A stretch of DNA of 64,000 nt, from contig JAUCBJ010003043.1 of the NCBI GenBank assembly GCA_032718475.1, forward strand, positions 1 through 64,000. The letters run 5' to 3'. Positions 1-9,000 of the stretch are shown here, piece by piece. Position 1 is the stretch's first letter. The number at the start of each line of letters is the position of its first letter. The position numbers were made by a program, and so were the translations under genes. The notes beneath the pieces were generated by a model that made no database searches, was not told the DNA's origin, and saw only the letters and a program-made list of their open reading frames with translations. Source of the stretch: Nemertoderma westbladi. Taxonomy: Eukaryota > Animalia > Xenacoelomorpha.

Positions 1-575
1 GAACATCACCACAAGGCGGCAAGGTGGCATTAAAGTTTGAGAAACGGTGTGACAGAAGAAAAATCGAATTTGTGTCGAAATTCAAAATTTAGAAAGACTG
101 AGAAAACCAAAACGCGTGTTAAGAGATTCAACCAAATTGTTTCTAGTAAGCGTAGGCCCTAATGAAAAACGGGATGAAATTATTTTCATTATATGTCTTT
201 ATGCTGTTATGTAGGAATGGTACTGAATGGAAATATAGATATACTGAACTGTGAGTGAAGGATGATTTAGATTGCAGGGCAATTGTGTCAGCATTACACA
301 GTCAGACAGTTACAATCTTTAACTATTATTGCAGTATTGGTACAAACAACACTCAAACACCTCCCCAAGCAGCGCCAGAGATTACTAGCAATAATAAACT
401 ATCACCAGTCAGTCTGTGTTTGTGTTATTGATACTCATTCAGTCATTCTCACCTTACGCCTTATATACGATTTATTAGGATATATTGCTGTATTGCAGTA
501 TTGGTTGTTGGTTAGAACTTAGAATACTGGAATATGCCACTACCGGTATAAGTATAACCTGGCCCTTACTGCCAA

Positions 576-693
576 GTTGCCAAATATGGCAACAATGGCT
601 TTATATAGTTGCCAAATGAGGCAATCAGAAATGTTGCCAGGTTTTGCTTGGTTGCCAAATATGGCAATCACAATCATTGCCAGATTTGGCCAT
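576..693. repeat. Cluster of 18-bp palindromes GTTGCCA-AATA-TGGCAAY
   Basis: GTTGCCAAATATGGCAAC at 576-593 (perfect 7-bp arms), GTTGCCAAATGAGGCAAT at 608-625, GTTGCCAAATATGGCAAT at 651-668, ATTGCCAGATTTGGCCAT at 676-693, and a half-site GTTGCCAG at 633. Confidence 0.8.
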
Positions 694-806
694 TGTACCT
701 AACTGGATGTTGATAAATAGATCACACAATTTCACACCAGTAGGCCTACATGTTTTTGCAATATTTTGTAGTTGAGCTGAGTTGAATATCAAATTTTTTG
801 GGCCAC

Positions 807-843
807 CCTAACTGTCGACGCTCGTGACTATTTTGTACTACAG
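807..843 (+). promoter_or_regulatory. Possible branch point and 3' splice acceptor of a 5'-UTR intron of the transposase
   Basis: CCTAAC (807-812) lies ~30 nt upstream of TTTTGTACTACAG (831-843), which ends 42 nt before the ATG. Candidate donors are GTAAGC (146) and GTGAGT (251). There is no transcript evidence. Confidence 0.3.
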
Positions 844-885
844 GTATTTTAACAGACTGTCACTTTTGAAATTTAAACTTTTAAA

Positions 886-3435
886 ATGCTTATTTGCATT
901 CATTGCCCACTTCAGTTTAGAAACATTCATTCATACCGGGAGCACCTGAGAACATTTCATAGATTGCGGATTTTTTCACAAATAAAACAAATTGTATGCG
1001 GCCAAGAAGGTTGCAATCTCGATTTTTATACATTCTCTACTTTGAGTCGTCATATTAAAGCAAAGCACCCCAGTTTACTATCTTCCCATTCCATGTCAAA
1101 TATCAGTGCCGGTTGCAGTACTAATCATGAAACTGAAACTCATGTAATTACTGATGATGTTCCAGAAGGTGATACCGGTATTGCAGATGCAACGACTGTG
1201 GAGGTTGAACCAAATCCAACTGAGCAATTAAAGGATCTAATAAATAAAAAAACCATAACATTTTCGGGGAAACGCATTAATGCTGATGCACTTTTGTTTA
1301 TTTCAAGTCTAAGGGGTAATGCAGTAATACCTTCAATTGCAACGATTGACATTATAACTTCAGTCGAAAACTATTTTTTGGTACCTTTAAGGCTTGTTTT
1401 GAATTGTTTGACTCATTTATCGCATAATAATAATAATTTTGATGATTTGAATGTCCTAATTGAGGCACTGAAATTGTACTCTAATGCTTTTGAATACTTG
1501 AAGTCTGAATATCGGCAGTCAAAATTATTGCAGGAGCTGAATTGCTACTTCCCTCCTATCAAATATATAATCAACCAGTCTATGCAAGCCACTATTCAGC
1601 ACGGCTTCCCAAACAGTGTAATTTATGAGTCAAAGCTTCTGTGTGGATTCTACATCCCAGTCAAAGCTTTGTTTCATAGGTTTCTGTCACTTCCTGGTGT
1701 ATTCAACACAATGCTGACATACCTTAACTCATCCGCTGATGGATTACGTGACTTTATAGATGGTGAATTATGGCAGACTAACAAAACATTGATCTTGCAT
1801 AAAAACTCCCCAAATACAGTTGTTATTCCAATTTTTATTTATCATGATGATGTTGAGGTTGCAAATCCCCTGGGTTCAAAGGCTACAATTCATAAAATTA
1901 GTGATGTATTTTTGGTTAATAAAGCACTGCCTCCAAGATTTAATTCAAGATTATCCAACCTTCTCCTAATTTTAATGCATTATGCTTCAGATAGGCAGCA
2001 GTTCGGAAATGAGGCGACGTTTTCAGTACTCATCCAGCTTTTTGGTGACTTAGAGTCCCATGGTTTTGAATTCATTCACAATCAGACAACATACAATATT
2101 TATATAGTTTTAGCTCAAGTTATTGGTGACAATCTTGCATTAAATTCATTATTGGGATATATAGAATCTTTCACAGGTAACTACCCATGCCGTAGGTGTA
2201 AATGTCACAGAAATGCTTTTGTAAATACATTATTTGAAGATACCACAATCCTCCGTTGTGTTGCTGATTATATGAATGATTTGAGTATTTGTGACCCTTC
2301 TGTAACAGGATTAAAAGAAGAATGTTGCCTCAATGCGTTACCATCATTTCATGTTTATGAGAATTATACATTTGATATTATGCATGACTGCTTAGAAGGT
2401 ATATGTGATTATGTTTTATCCAAATGTTTCTTTGAGTTAATATTTAAGAAAGAATATTTTACTACAAATGACCTAAATAGACGCATAAAGTCGTTTTGTT
2501 TTGATCACTCTTCAGTTCCACCATTTTTTGATGAGGCAAAACTGAAAAAATTTAAATTAAACTTGAGTGCTGTGCAAATGCTAAATTTGACACTTGGTTT
2601 GCCACTGCTTATTGGTGATTTTGTTCCTACAGATAATGCTATTTGGTCAGTTTTTCTGAAACTACGAGAAGTGCTACTCAATTGCATGGCCCCAAGCTTC
2701 TCAGAACCCGATTTAAAATTGCTTTCAGTGCTTATCGCCGAATTTCTTGATTTATATATTTCAGTTTTTCAACTTGACAGGCTCCAACTAAAATTTCACA
2801 ATTTAATACATTACCCTTCGTCAATTCGTAAAGTTGGCCCTTTATTATGGACATGGTGTATGCGTTGTGAAGCAAAACATCGGGACTTGAAAAGGACATC
2901 CTCAGTAGTATGTTGCTTTAAAAACATTATCAAAACGTTATCGAAACGACACCAGATGTCTCAGGCTTATAAGATTCATAGTGGAATTGACATTGGTGCA
3001 TCCGATGAGATTAAATGTAAATCCCCAAGTTCATCAATTTTAGCAAAGTTTCAGAACTGTATTTCTTTAAGTGAGCATTTGGGCAATTATGGAATCTACA
3101 AGGAAATTCTTACTTGTGAAGGCATCGAAATACGCTGCATTTTATATCTAATCGGCCATGCTCTATGTCTTGGCTTTACCAATGACATCTTTGCTTTTCC
3201 CATTTTTTTTCGTATCGATCATATATTTATAACTTCTGAGGGGGACTTTAGACTGGTGTGTTCAAGACTTGAGACTATTGATTTCGATCACCACCTTCAG
3301 TCGTATCTTGTTGAGACTGCCAATGAAACAGAAATTTTTGTGATTGATGACATTGACAGGATAATTAGCCCATGGCCTTTAAATATAAGAAAACTAAATC
3401 AAAATAACTTTGTTTCATTGAGGCACCGTTTTTGA
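886..3435 (+). CDS. DDE transposase, CMC/EnSpm-like, with two N-terminal C2H2 zinc fingers (849 aa)
   Basis: Uninterrupted ORF. C2H2 fingers: CIHC-x12-HLRTFH and CGQEGC-x12-HIKAKH. Core motifs typical of animal EnSpm-like transposases: IYHDDVEVANPLGS..HK (D321/D322), GDNL...GYIESF...CRRC (D415 plus CxxC), DIMHDCLEG, and KFHNLIHYP...GPL...WCMRCEAKH (HxxxH and E662). Confidence 0.9.
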   Translation: MLICIHCPLQFRNIHSYREHLRTFHRLRIFSQIKQIVCGQEGCNLDFYTFSTLSRHIKAKHPSLLSSHSMSNISAGCSTNHETETHVITDDVPEGDTGIADATTVEVEPNPTEQLKDLINKKTITFSGKRINADALLFISSLRGNAVIPSIATIDIITSVENYFLVPLRLVLNCLTHLSHNNNNFDDLNVLIEALKLYSNAFEYLKSEYRQSKLLQELNCYFPPIKYIINQSMQATIQHGFPNSVIYESKLLCGFYIPVKALFHRFLSLPGVFNTMLTYLNSSADGLRDFIDGELWQTNKTLILHKNSPNTVVIPIFIYHDDVEVANPLGSKATIHKISDVFLVNKALPPRFNSRLSNLLLILMHYASDRQQFGNEATFSVLIQLFGDLESHGFEFIHNQTTYNIYIVLAQVIGDNLALNSLLGYIESFTGNYPCRRCKCHRNAFVNTLFEDTTILRCVADYMNDLSICDPSVTGLKEECCLNALPSFHVYENYTFDIMHDCLEGICDYVLSKCFFELIFKKEYFTTNDLNRRIKSFCFDHSSVPPFFDEAKLKKFKLNLSAVQMLNLTLGLPLLIGDFVPTDNAIWSVFLKLREVLLNCMAPSFSEPDLKLLSVLIAEFLDLYISVFQLDRLQLKFHNLIHYPSSIRKVGPLLWTWCMRCEAKHRDLKRTSSVVCCFKNIIKTLSKRHQMSQAYKIHSGIDIGASDEIKCKSPSSSILAKFQNCISLSEHLGNYGIYKEILTCEGIEIRCILYLIGHALCLGFTNDIFAFPIFFRIDHIFITSEGDFRLVCSRLETIDFDHHLQSYLVETANETEIFVIDDIDRIISPWPLNIRKLNQNNFVSLRHRF

Positions 3436-3601
3436 TTTGTAAAAGGTACCAGTACTATGTTAATGTATGTACACTTAACATCACTTTGCTTTCAAACTGT
3501 GTATAGCCTATATAGTTGCATTATTGGTACCGGTAATTGATAAATGTTTCAATTGGATTAGATCTCTGTTTGTTATATGATATAATAAGATACATTTGAA
3601 A

Positions 3602-5158
3602 ATGAAAGATTTAAGAGGATTTCTAAGAGGATATTGCAAAGAATGTGGTGAAGATGAGTGCTTCGACTATATAAAACCTGTTGATGATACAGCAAGCCAA
3701 AACTGTACATATTGCCAATGCCCCCCTACAAAGCACATTAAGCAAATATTACATGTTAGTTCGCCTGATAGTGATGTTACTGGTTCTTCAATTCTTAACC
3801 ATGGTCCTGAGACCAATATGGGACTTTCTGTTGATATAAGCAATGTCTCCAGCTTTGAGCTTCCATTAGAAGCTAGCACCCCATGTGGTAAGAGCTCCAA
3901 TGACGGGGCATCGAAACAACCTTCTGCTGAATATGAAAATATCAACACTCTGTCAAGATCAACATATACCGGTAGCGATTGTGAATCATCAAAGTTGCAT
4001 CAATATCTAAAAACCTGTTCTGAAGGACGTGAGTTATTAAAGAGATGTGATTTAGCTCTAGGTGAATCCCAGAGAAATGTCCTAGTTTCTTTAGCAATTA
4101 GAAATGCGATGGATAATGACGACAGCCTTACACTCGATACCTTGGAGAGAATTGCTATTCAAATATCTCAACTCTTTACAAAGGAACATAAAGAGACTTA
4201 CTTTTTCAAAAAGGCGGTTATCAAAAAGAACGGTGAGAAATCGTATGAAACACAAGTCCCATATGGAAAGTTGTACAACCGGTTCGTCACTGTAAAAAAG
4301 CGAGTTAGGTGTATTAATAAAATCGAAGATGGTGCCGCCAAGAAACATCAAGCTGTATCAAAAACGTCTACTGCTTTTACGGAATTTAGTTTGAAAGATC
4401 TATTTAAGGAAGCTGAGGATGATGTTAAGTTCATGGTCTACAATGGGTACAATTCTCAAAGGCACAAGAATACTTCAGTATATCGTGTAGTTGGGTTTCA
4501 GCGTGATGTATTGGAGCTGAAAAATTTCCCATATATGATGGACAATTCTTTCATATATGACTGCATAACGTATGATTTCTCTACGCTTCTGCAAGTTCGT
4601 GGGTGGAAAAATGTAAACACTAACGTTTTATTTGAATGCTCCTTTATTGATCTATGTCGATGTTTACTGCAGTCGTCCAAAGTAGATTGTGATGGTTTAT
4701 CTGATGACGCTTTGGTGAAACGTGGTCTGCTACATCTTCCAGCAAAGCTTTGTAATAAAGTGACCGTTCGCGTTAAGGGGTCGGGGAGGCGATTTTGGCG
4801 GCCGTCTATTGCTGATGCTGCAGAATCCTTTGTTATGGCAGCGAAGGACCATGCAGAAATGGACACGAAAATAAATGATATGGCTACAAAATATCTGGAT
4901 AAAGATCTTAAAATCAACCCGTTTGTTGTGTACCACTTAGATAGTGAGCAGGCGACTGTCATATACAACGACCAACGTTTTATTCGCCCGTCGGTTGTTC
5001 AAGCTGTTGATCTAGCTTTCAAACTGGCGCATGTGTTTCATCTCGAATACCAATCAGCTTGTCTTCCAGTTTGGCTCTTCTTAGAACAGTTATTTGGGAT
5101 ACCGGCGAGTGGAATATCCTCGAAAGTATCAAGCCTCTTGTCTGATATTGGAATGTAA
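3602..5158 (+). CDS. Transposon accessory protein (ORF2, ~518 aa) with a Cys/His-rich N-terminal module and a C-terminus resembling 'SAMD3-like' EnSpm-associated proteins
   Basis: The ORF track opens at TTG 3596; the first ATG is at 3602. N-terminus RGYCKECGEDEC...CTYCQCPPTKH, then a Ser-rich linker, a central helical block IAIQISQLF...TYFF...GKLYNRF, and a C-terminal AVDLAFKLAHVFHLEY..ACLPVWLFLEQ. It lies 166 nt downstream of the transposase and inside the terminus. The family resemblance is from recalled motifs. Confidence 0.75.
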   Translation: MKDLRGFLRGYCKECGEDECFDYIKPVDDTASQNCTYCQCPPTKHIKQILHVSSPDSDVTGSSILNHGPETNMGLSVDISNVSSFELPLEASTPCGKSSNDGASKQPSAEYENINTLSRSTYTGSDCESSKLHQYLKTCSEGRELLKRCDLALGESQRNVLVSLAIRNAMDNDDSLTLDTLERIAIQISQLFTKEHKETYFFKKAVIKKNGEKSYETQVPYGKLYNRFVTVKKRVRCINKIEDGAAKKHQAVSKTSTAFTEFSLKDLFKEAEDDVKFMVYNGYNSQRHKNTSVYRVVGFQRDVLELKNFPYMMDNSFIYDCITYDFSTLLQVRGWKNVNTNVLFECSFIDLCRCLLQSSKVDCDGLSDDALVKRGLLHLPAKLCNKVTVRVKGSGRRFWRPSIADAAESFVMAAKDHAEMDTKINDMATKYLDKDLKINPFVVYHLDSEQATVIYNDQRFIRPSVVQAVDLAFKLAHVFHLEYQSACLPVWLFLEQLFGIPASGISSKVSSLLSDIGM

Positions 5159-5239
5159 ACAATATATGGTATCTGAATGTTCCACGTTTTAGTTTTCGCT
5201 ATTTTAGTTTCCACGTATAACCACTTTTATATATCACTT

Positions 5240-5507
5240 TTGCTTCCACAATTTCTCATGCTGTGATTTATCATGGCGCATTTTCTGCACCACAATTTTT
5301 TTAAATTAAATTTAATTGCGCATTAATTATTTTTATCAATAGTTCACAATAATATCAATATTCTAGAACATCGAATTATGGTACATTGAAGTTAATGAAG
5401 TATCGTTTTACAAAAACTGTGGTACCGGTACAGAAAACATGACACAATTTATCATGGCACTAAATCACGCCATGAGAAATCACGCTCACCGGAAATTGTG
5501 GCAGCAA
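5240..5507. repeat. Imperfect long inverted repeat (fold-back / MITE-like) downstream of ORF2
   Basis: 5240-5255 TTGCTTCCACAATTTC pairs with 5492-5507 GAAATTGTGGCAGCAA (15/16). 5251-5270 ATTTCTCATGCTGTGATTTA pairs with 5461-5480 TAAATCACGCCATGAGAAAT (18/20). 5281-5300 pairs with 5412-5437 once a 6-nt insertion is removed. A direct repeat ATTTATCATGGC occurs at 5266 and 5447. Confidence 0.7.
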
Positions 5508-5727
5508 TGTGGTCTATATATTTCATTGAATACTGAAATGGTTGTTACGCATAGTTAACTCAAATATATACTTCCACTGTGCTACATTAAAATTAAATTG
5601 TAAAATGTGTATCATATTTGAATATGAAAATGTGTAAATTGAAATCTGTATATAAAATGTGCTATTATAACATAATACCGAAAATATTATCAATAATTAT
5701 AGTAAATGTTTTTTTATGTTTTTCAAA

Positions 5728-5940
5728 TATAATCTACCCTAGTTTTATATACATTTTTTATTGGGTATTATTACAATATTGGCAAATTACGTAGACATCT
5801 AGGTAGTTTGACTACACAGATTATTATGCAGATTAATAAGTCAGCTGGTGAGGTTACCTAAATAATTTTGCATAATAACTCGATAATCTAGGTATTTTAC
5901 CAAGATTACCTAGTTAGTTCAAATGACAAGATAATCTAGT
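5728..5940. repeat. Subterminal repeat cluster (GATAATCTAG / GATTACCTAG / ATCTAGGTA motifs)
   Basis: GATAATCTAG at 5882 and 5930, CAAGATTACCTAG at 5901 versus CAAGATAATCTAG at 5927, ATCTAGGTA at 5798 and 5886, plus degenerate copies near 5730 and 5850. All lie 100-300 bp from the terminus, as expected for CACTA-type subterminal repeats. Confidence 0.6.
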
Positions 5941-6025
5941 CAATCTGCCATGGTATCTTTCAGCACAATATTGGATGGATTATCGTGTCAGTCTCTTAAT
6001 TTTTTTTGGCAGTTTGCAAAGATAG

Positions 6026-6036
6026 TTTTTTGAGTG
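6026..6036 (-). repeat. Putative right terminal inverted repeat end (5'-CACTCAAAAAA...)
   Basis: The - strand reads CACTCAAAAAACTATCTTTGC from the junction, and satellite sequence starts on the next base. The true TIR length cannot be determined without the left end. Confidence 0.75.
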
Positions 6037-9000
6037 TAGTAAATGAGTAGGGGGAGAACGTAGAGGCATTCATAGTAAATGTATGGAGGAGGGAATGAAC
6101 GTAGAGGCATTCATAGTAAATGTATGGAGGAGGGAAAGAACGTAGAGGCATTCATAGTAAATGTATGGAGTAGGGAAAGAACGTAGAGGCATTCATAGTA
6201 AATGTATGGAGTAGGGAGAGAACGTAGAGGCATTCATAGTAAATGTATGGAGGAGGGAAAGAACGTAGAGGCATTCATAGTAAATGAGTAGGGGGAGAAC
6301 GTAGAGGCATTCATAGTAAATGTATGGAGGAGGGAATGAAGAACGTAGAGGCATTCATAGTAAATGTATGGAGTAGAGAAAGAACGTAGAGGCATTCATA
6401 GTAAATGTATGGAGTAGGGAAAGAACGTAGAGGCATTCATAGTAAATGTATGGAGGAGGGAAAGATCGTAGAGGCATTCATAGTAAATGTATGGAGGAGG
6501 GAATGAAGAACGTAGAGGCATTCATAGTAAATGTATGGAGTAGGGAAAGAACGTAGAGGCATTCATAGTAAATGTATGAAGGAGGGAAAGAACGTAGAGG
6601 CATTCATAGTAAATGTATGGAGTAGGGAAAGAACGTAGAGGCATTCATAGTAAATGTATGGAGTAGGGAAAGAAGAACGTAGAGGCATTCATAGTAAATG
6701 TATGGAGGAGGGAATGAAGAACGTAGAGGCATTCATAGTAAATGTATGGAGGAGGGAATGAAGAACGTAGAGGCATTCATAGTAAATGTATGGAGTAGGA
6801 AGAGAACGTAGAGGCATTCATAGTAAATGTATGGAGTAGGGAAAGAACGTAGAGGCATTCATAGTAAATGTATGGAGGAGGGAATGAAGAACGTAGAGGC
6901 ATTCATAGTAAATGTATGGAGTAGGGAAAGATCGTAGAGGCATTCATAGTAAATGTATGGAGGAGGGAAAGAACGTAGAGGCATTCATAGTAAATGTATG
7001 GAGGAGGGAATGAAGATCGTAGAGGCATTCATAGTAAATGTATGGAGGAGGGAAAGAACGTAGAGGCATTCATAGTAAATGTATGGAGGAGGGAAAGAAC
7101 GTAGAGGCATTCATAGTAAATGTATGGAGTAGGGAAAGAACGTAGAGGCATTCATAGTAAATGTATGGAGGAGGGAAAGATCGTAGAGGCATTCATAGTA
7201 AATGTATGGAGGAGGGAAAGATCGTAGAGGCATTCATAGTAAATGTATGGAGGAGGGAAAGAACGTAGAGGCATTCATAGTAAATGTATGGAGTAGGGAA
7301 AGAACGTAGAGGCATTCATAGTAAATGTATGGAGGAGGGAAAGAACGTAGAGGCATTCATAGTAAATGTATGGAGTAGGGAAAGAACGTAGAGGCATTCA
7401 TAGTAAATGTATGGAGGAGGGAAAGAACGTAGAGGCATTCATAGTAAATGTATGGAGGAGGGAAAGATCGTAGAGGCATTCATAGTAAATGTATGGAGTA
7501 GGGAAAGAACGTAGAGGCATTCATAGTAAATGTATGGAGGAGGGAAAGATCGTAGAGGCATTCATAGTAAATGTATGGAGGAGGGAATGAAGAACGTAGA
7601 GGCATTCATAGTAAATGTATGGAGTAGGGAAAGAACGTAGAGGCATTCATAGTAAATGTATGGAGGAGGGAAAGATCGTAGAGGCATTCATAGTAAATGT
7701 ATGGAGGAGGGAAAGAACGTAGAGGCATTCATAGTAAATGTATGGAGTAGGGAAAGAACGTAGAGGCATTCATAGTAAATGTATGGAGGAGGGAAAGAAC
7801 GTAGAGGCATTCATAGTAAATGTATGGAGGAGGGAAAGATCGTAGAGGCATTCATAGTAAATGTATGGAGGAGGGAATGAAGAACGTAGAGGCATTCATA
7901 GTAAATGTATGGAGTAGGGAAAGAACGTAGAGGCATTCATAGTAAATGTATGGAGGAGGGAAAGATCGTAGAGGCATTCATAGTAAATGTATGGAGTAGG
8001 GAAAGAACGTAGAGGCATTCATAGTAAATGTATGGAGGAGGGAAAGATCGTAGAGGCATTCATAGTAAATGTATGGAGGAGGGAATGAAGAACGTAGAGG
8101 CATTCATAGTAAATGTATGGAGTAGGGAAAGAACGTAGAGGCATTCATAGTAAATGTATGGAGGAGGGAAAGATCGTAGAGGCATTCATAGTAAATGTAT
8201 GGAGGAGGGAATGAAGAACGTAGAGGCATTCATAGTAAATGTATGGAGTAGGGAAAGAAGAACGTAGAGGCATTCATAGTAAATGTATGGAGTAGGGAAA
8301 GATCGTAGAGGCATTCATAGTAAATGTATGGAGTAGGGAAAGAACGTAGAGGCATTCATAGTAAATGTATGGAGGAGGGAAAGATCGTAGAGGCATTCAT
8401 AGTAAATGTATGGAGGAGGGAATGAAGAACGTAGAGGCATTCATAGTAAATGTATGGAGTAGGGAAAGAAGAACGTAGAGGCATTCATAGTAAATGTAAG
8501 GAGTAGGGAAAGATCGTAGAGGCATTCATAGTAAATGTATGGAGGAGGGAAAGAACGTAGAGGCATTCATAGTAAATGTATGGAGGAGGGAAAGAACGTA
8601 GAGGCATTCATAGTAAATGTATGGAGGAGGGAAAGAACGTAGAGGCATTCATAGTAAATGAGTAGGGACGGAACGTAGAGGCATTCATAGTAAATGTATG
8701 GAGAAGGGAAAGATCGTAGAGGCATTCATAGTAAATGTATGGAGGAGGGAATGAAGAACGTAGAGGCATTCATAGTAAATGTATGGAGAAGGGAAAGATC
8801 GTAGAGGCATTCATAGTAAATGTATGGAGGAGGGAATGAAGAACGTAGAGGCATTCATAGTAAATGTATGGAGGAGGGAATGAAGAACGTAGAGGCATTC
8901 ATAGTAAATGTATGGAGTAGGGAAAGAACGTAGAGGCATTCATAGTAAATGTATGGAGGAGGGAAAGAACGTAGAGGCATTCATAGTAAATGTATGGAGA

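Larger units (their letters stand above)
1..6036 (+). mobile_element. CMC-superfamily (CACTA/EnSpm-like) autonomous DNA transposon, left end outside the window
   Basis: Contains a transposase ORF plus a second co-oriented accessory ORF. Unique sequence stops abruptly at ...TTTTTTGAGTG (6026-6036; reverse complement CACTCAAAAAA, a CACT-type terminus). Short subterminal repeats lie at ~5730-5940. No matching left CACTC terminus was seen, so the start coordinate is only the window edge. Confidence 0.85.

Noticed and set aside
283-522. 79-aa ORF upstream of the transposase
   Set aside because: It starts at TTG, is short, has no recognisable motif, and probably lies in UTR or intron sequence.
886-3435. 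Host C2H2 zinc-finger transcription factor or domesticated gene
   Set aside because: It has only two fingers followed by a full DDE transposase core, a linked ORF2 and a CACT-type terminus, all of which fit a mobile element.
1140-4968. Short antisense and alternative-frame ORFs overlapping ORF1 and ORF2 (including 156 aa at 4498-4968)
   Set aside because: These are shadow ORFs of the two long coding regions with no independent motifs.
5699-5709. ATAGTAAATGT inside the transposon, identical to 11 nt of the satellite unit (suggesting the satellite derives from the element)
   Set aside because: It is an AT-rich 11-mer with no flanking similarity, and a match of this length to some part of the unit is plausible by chance in 6 kb.
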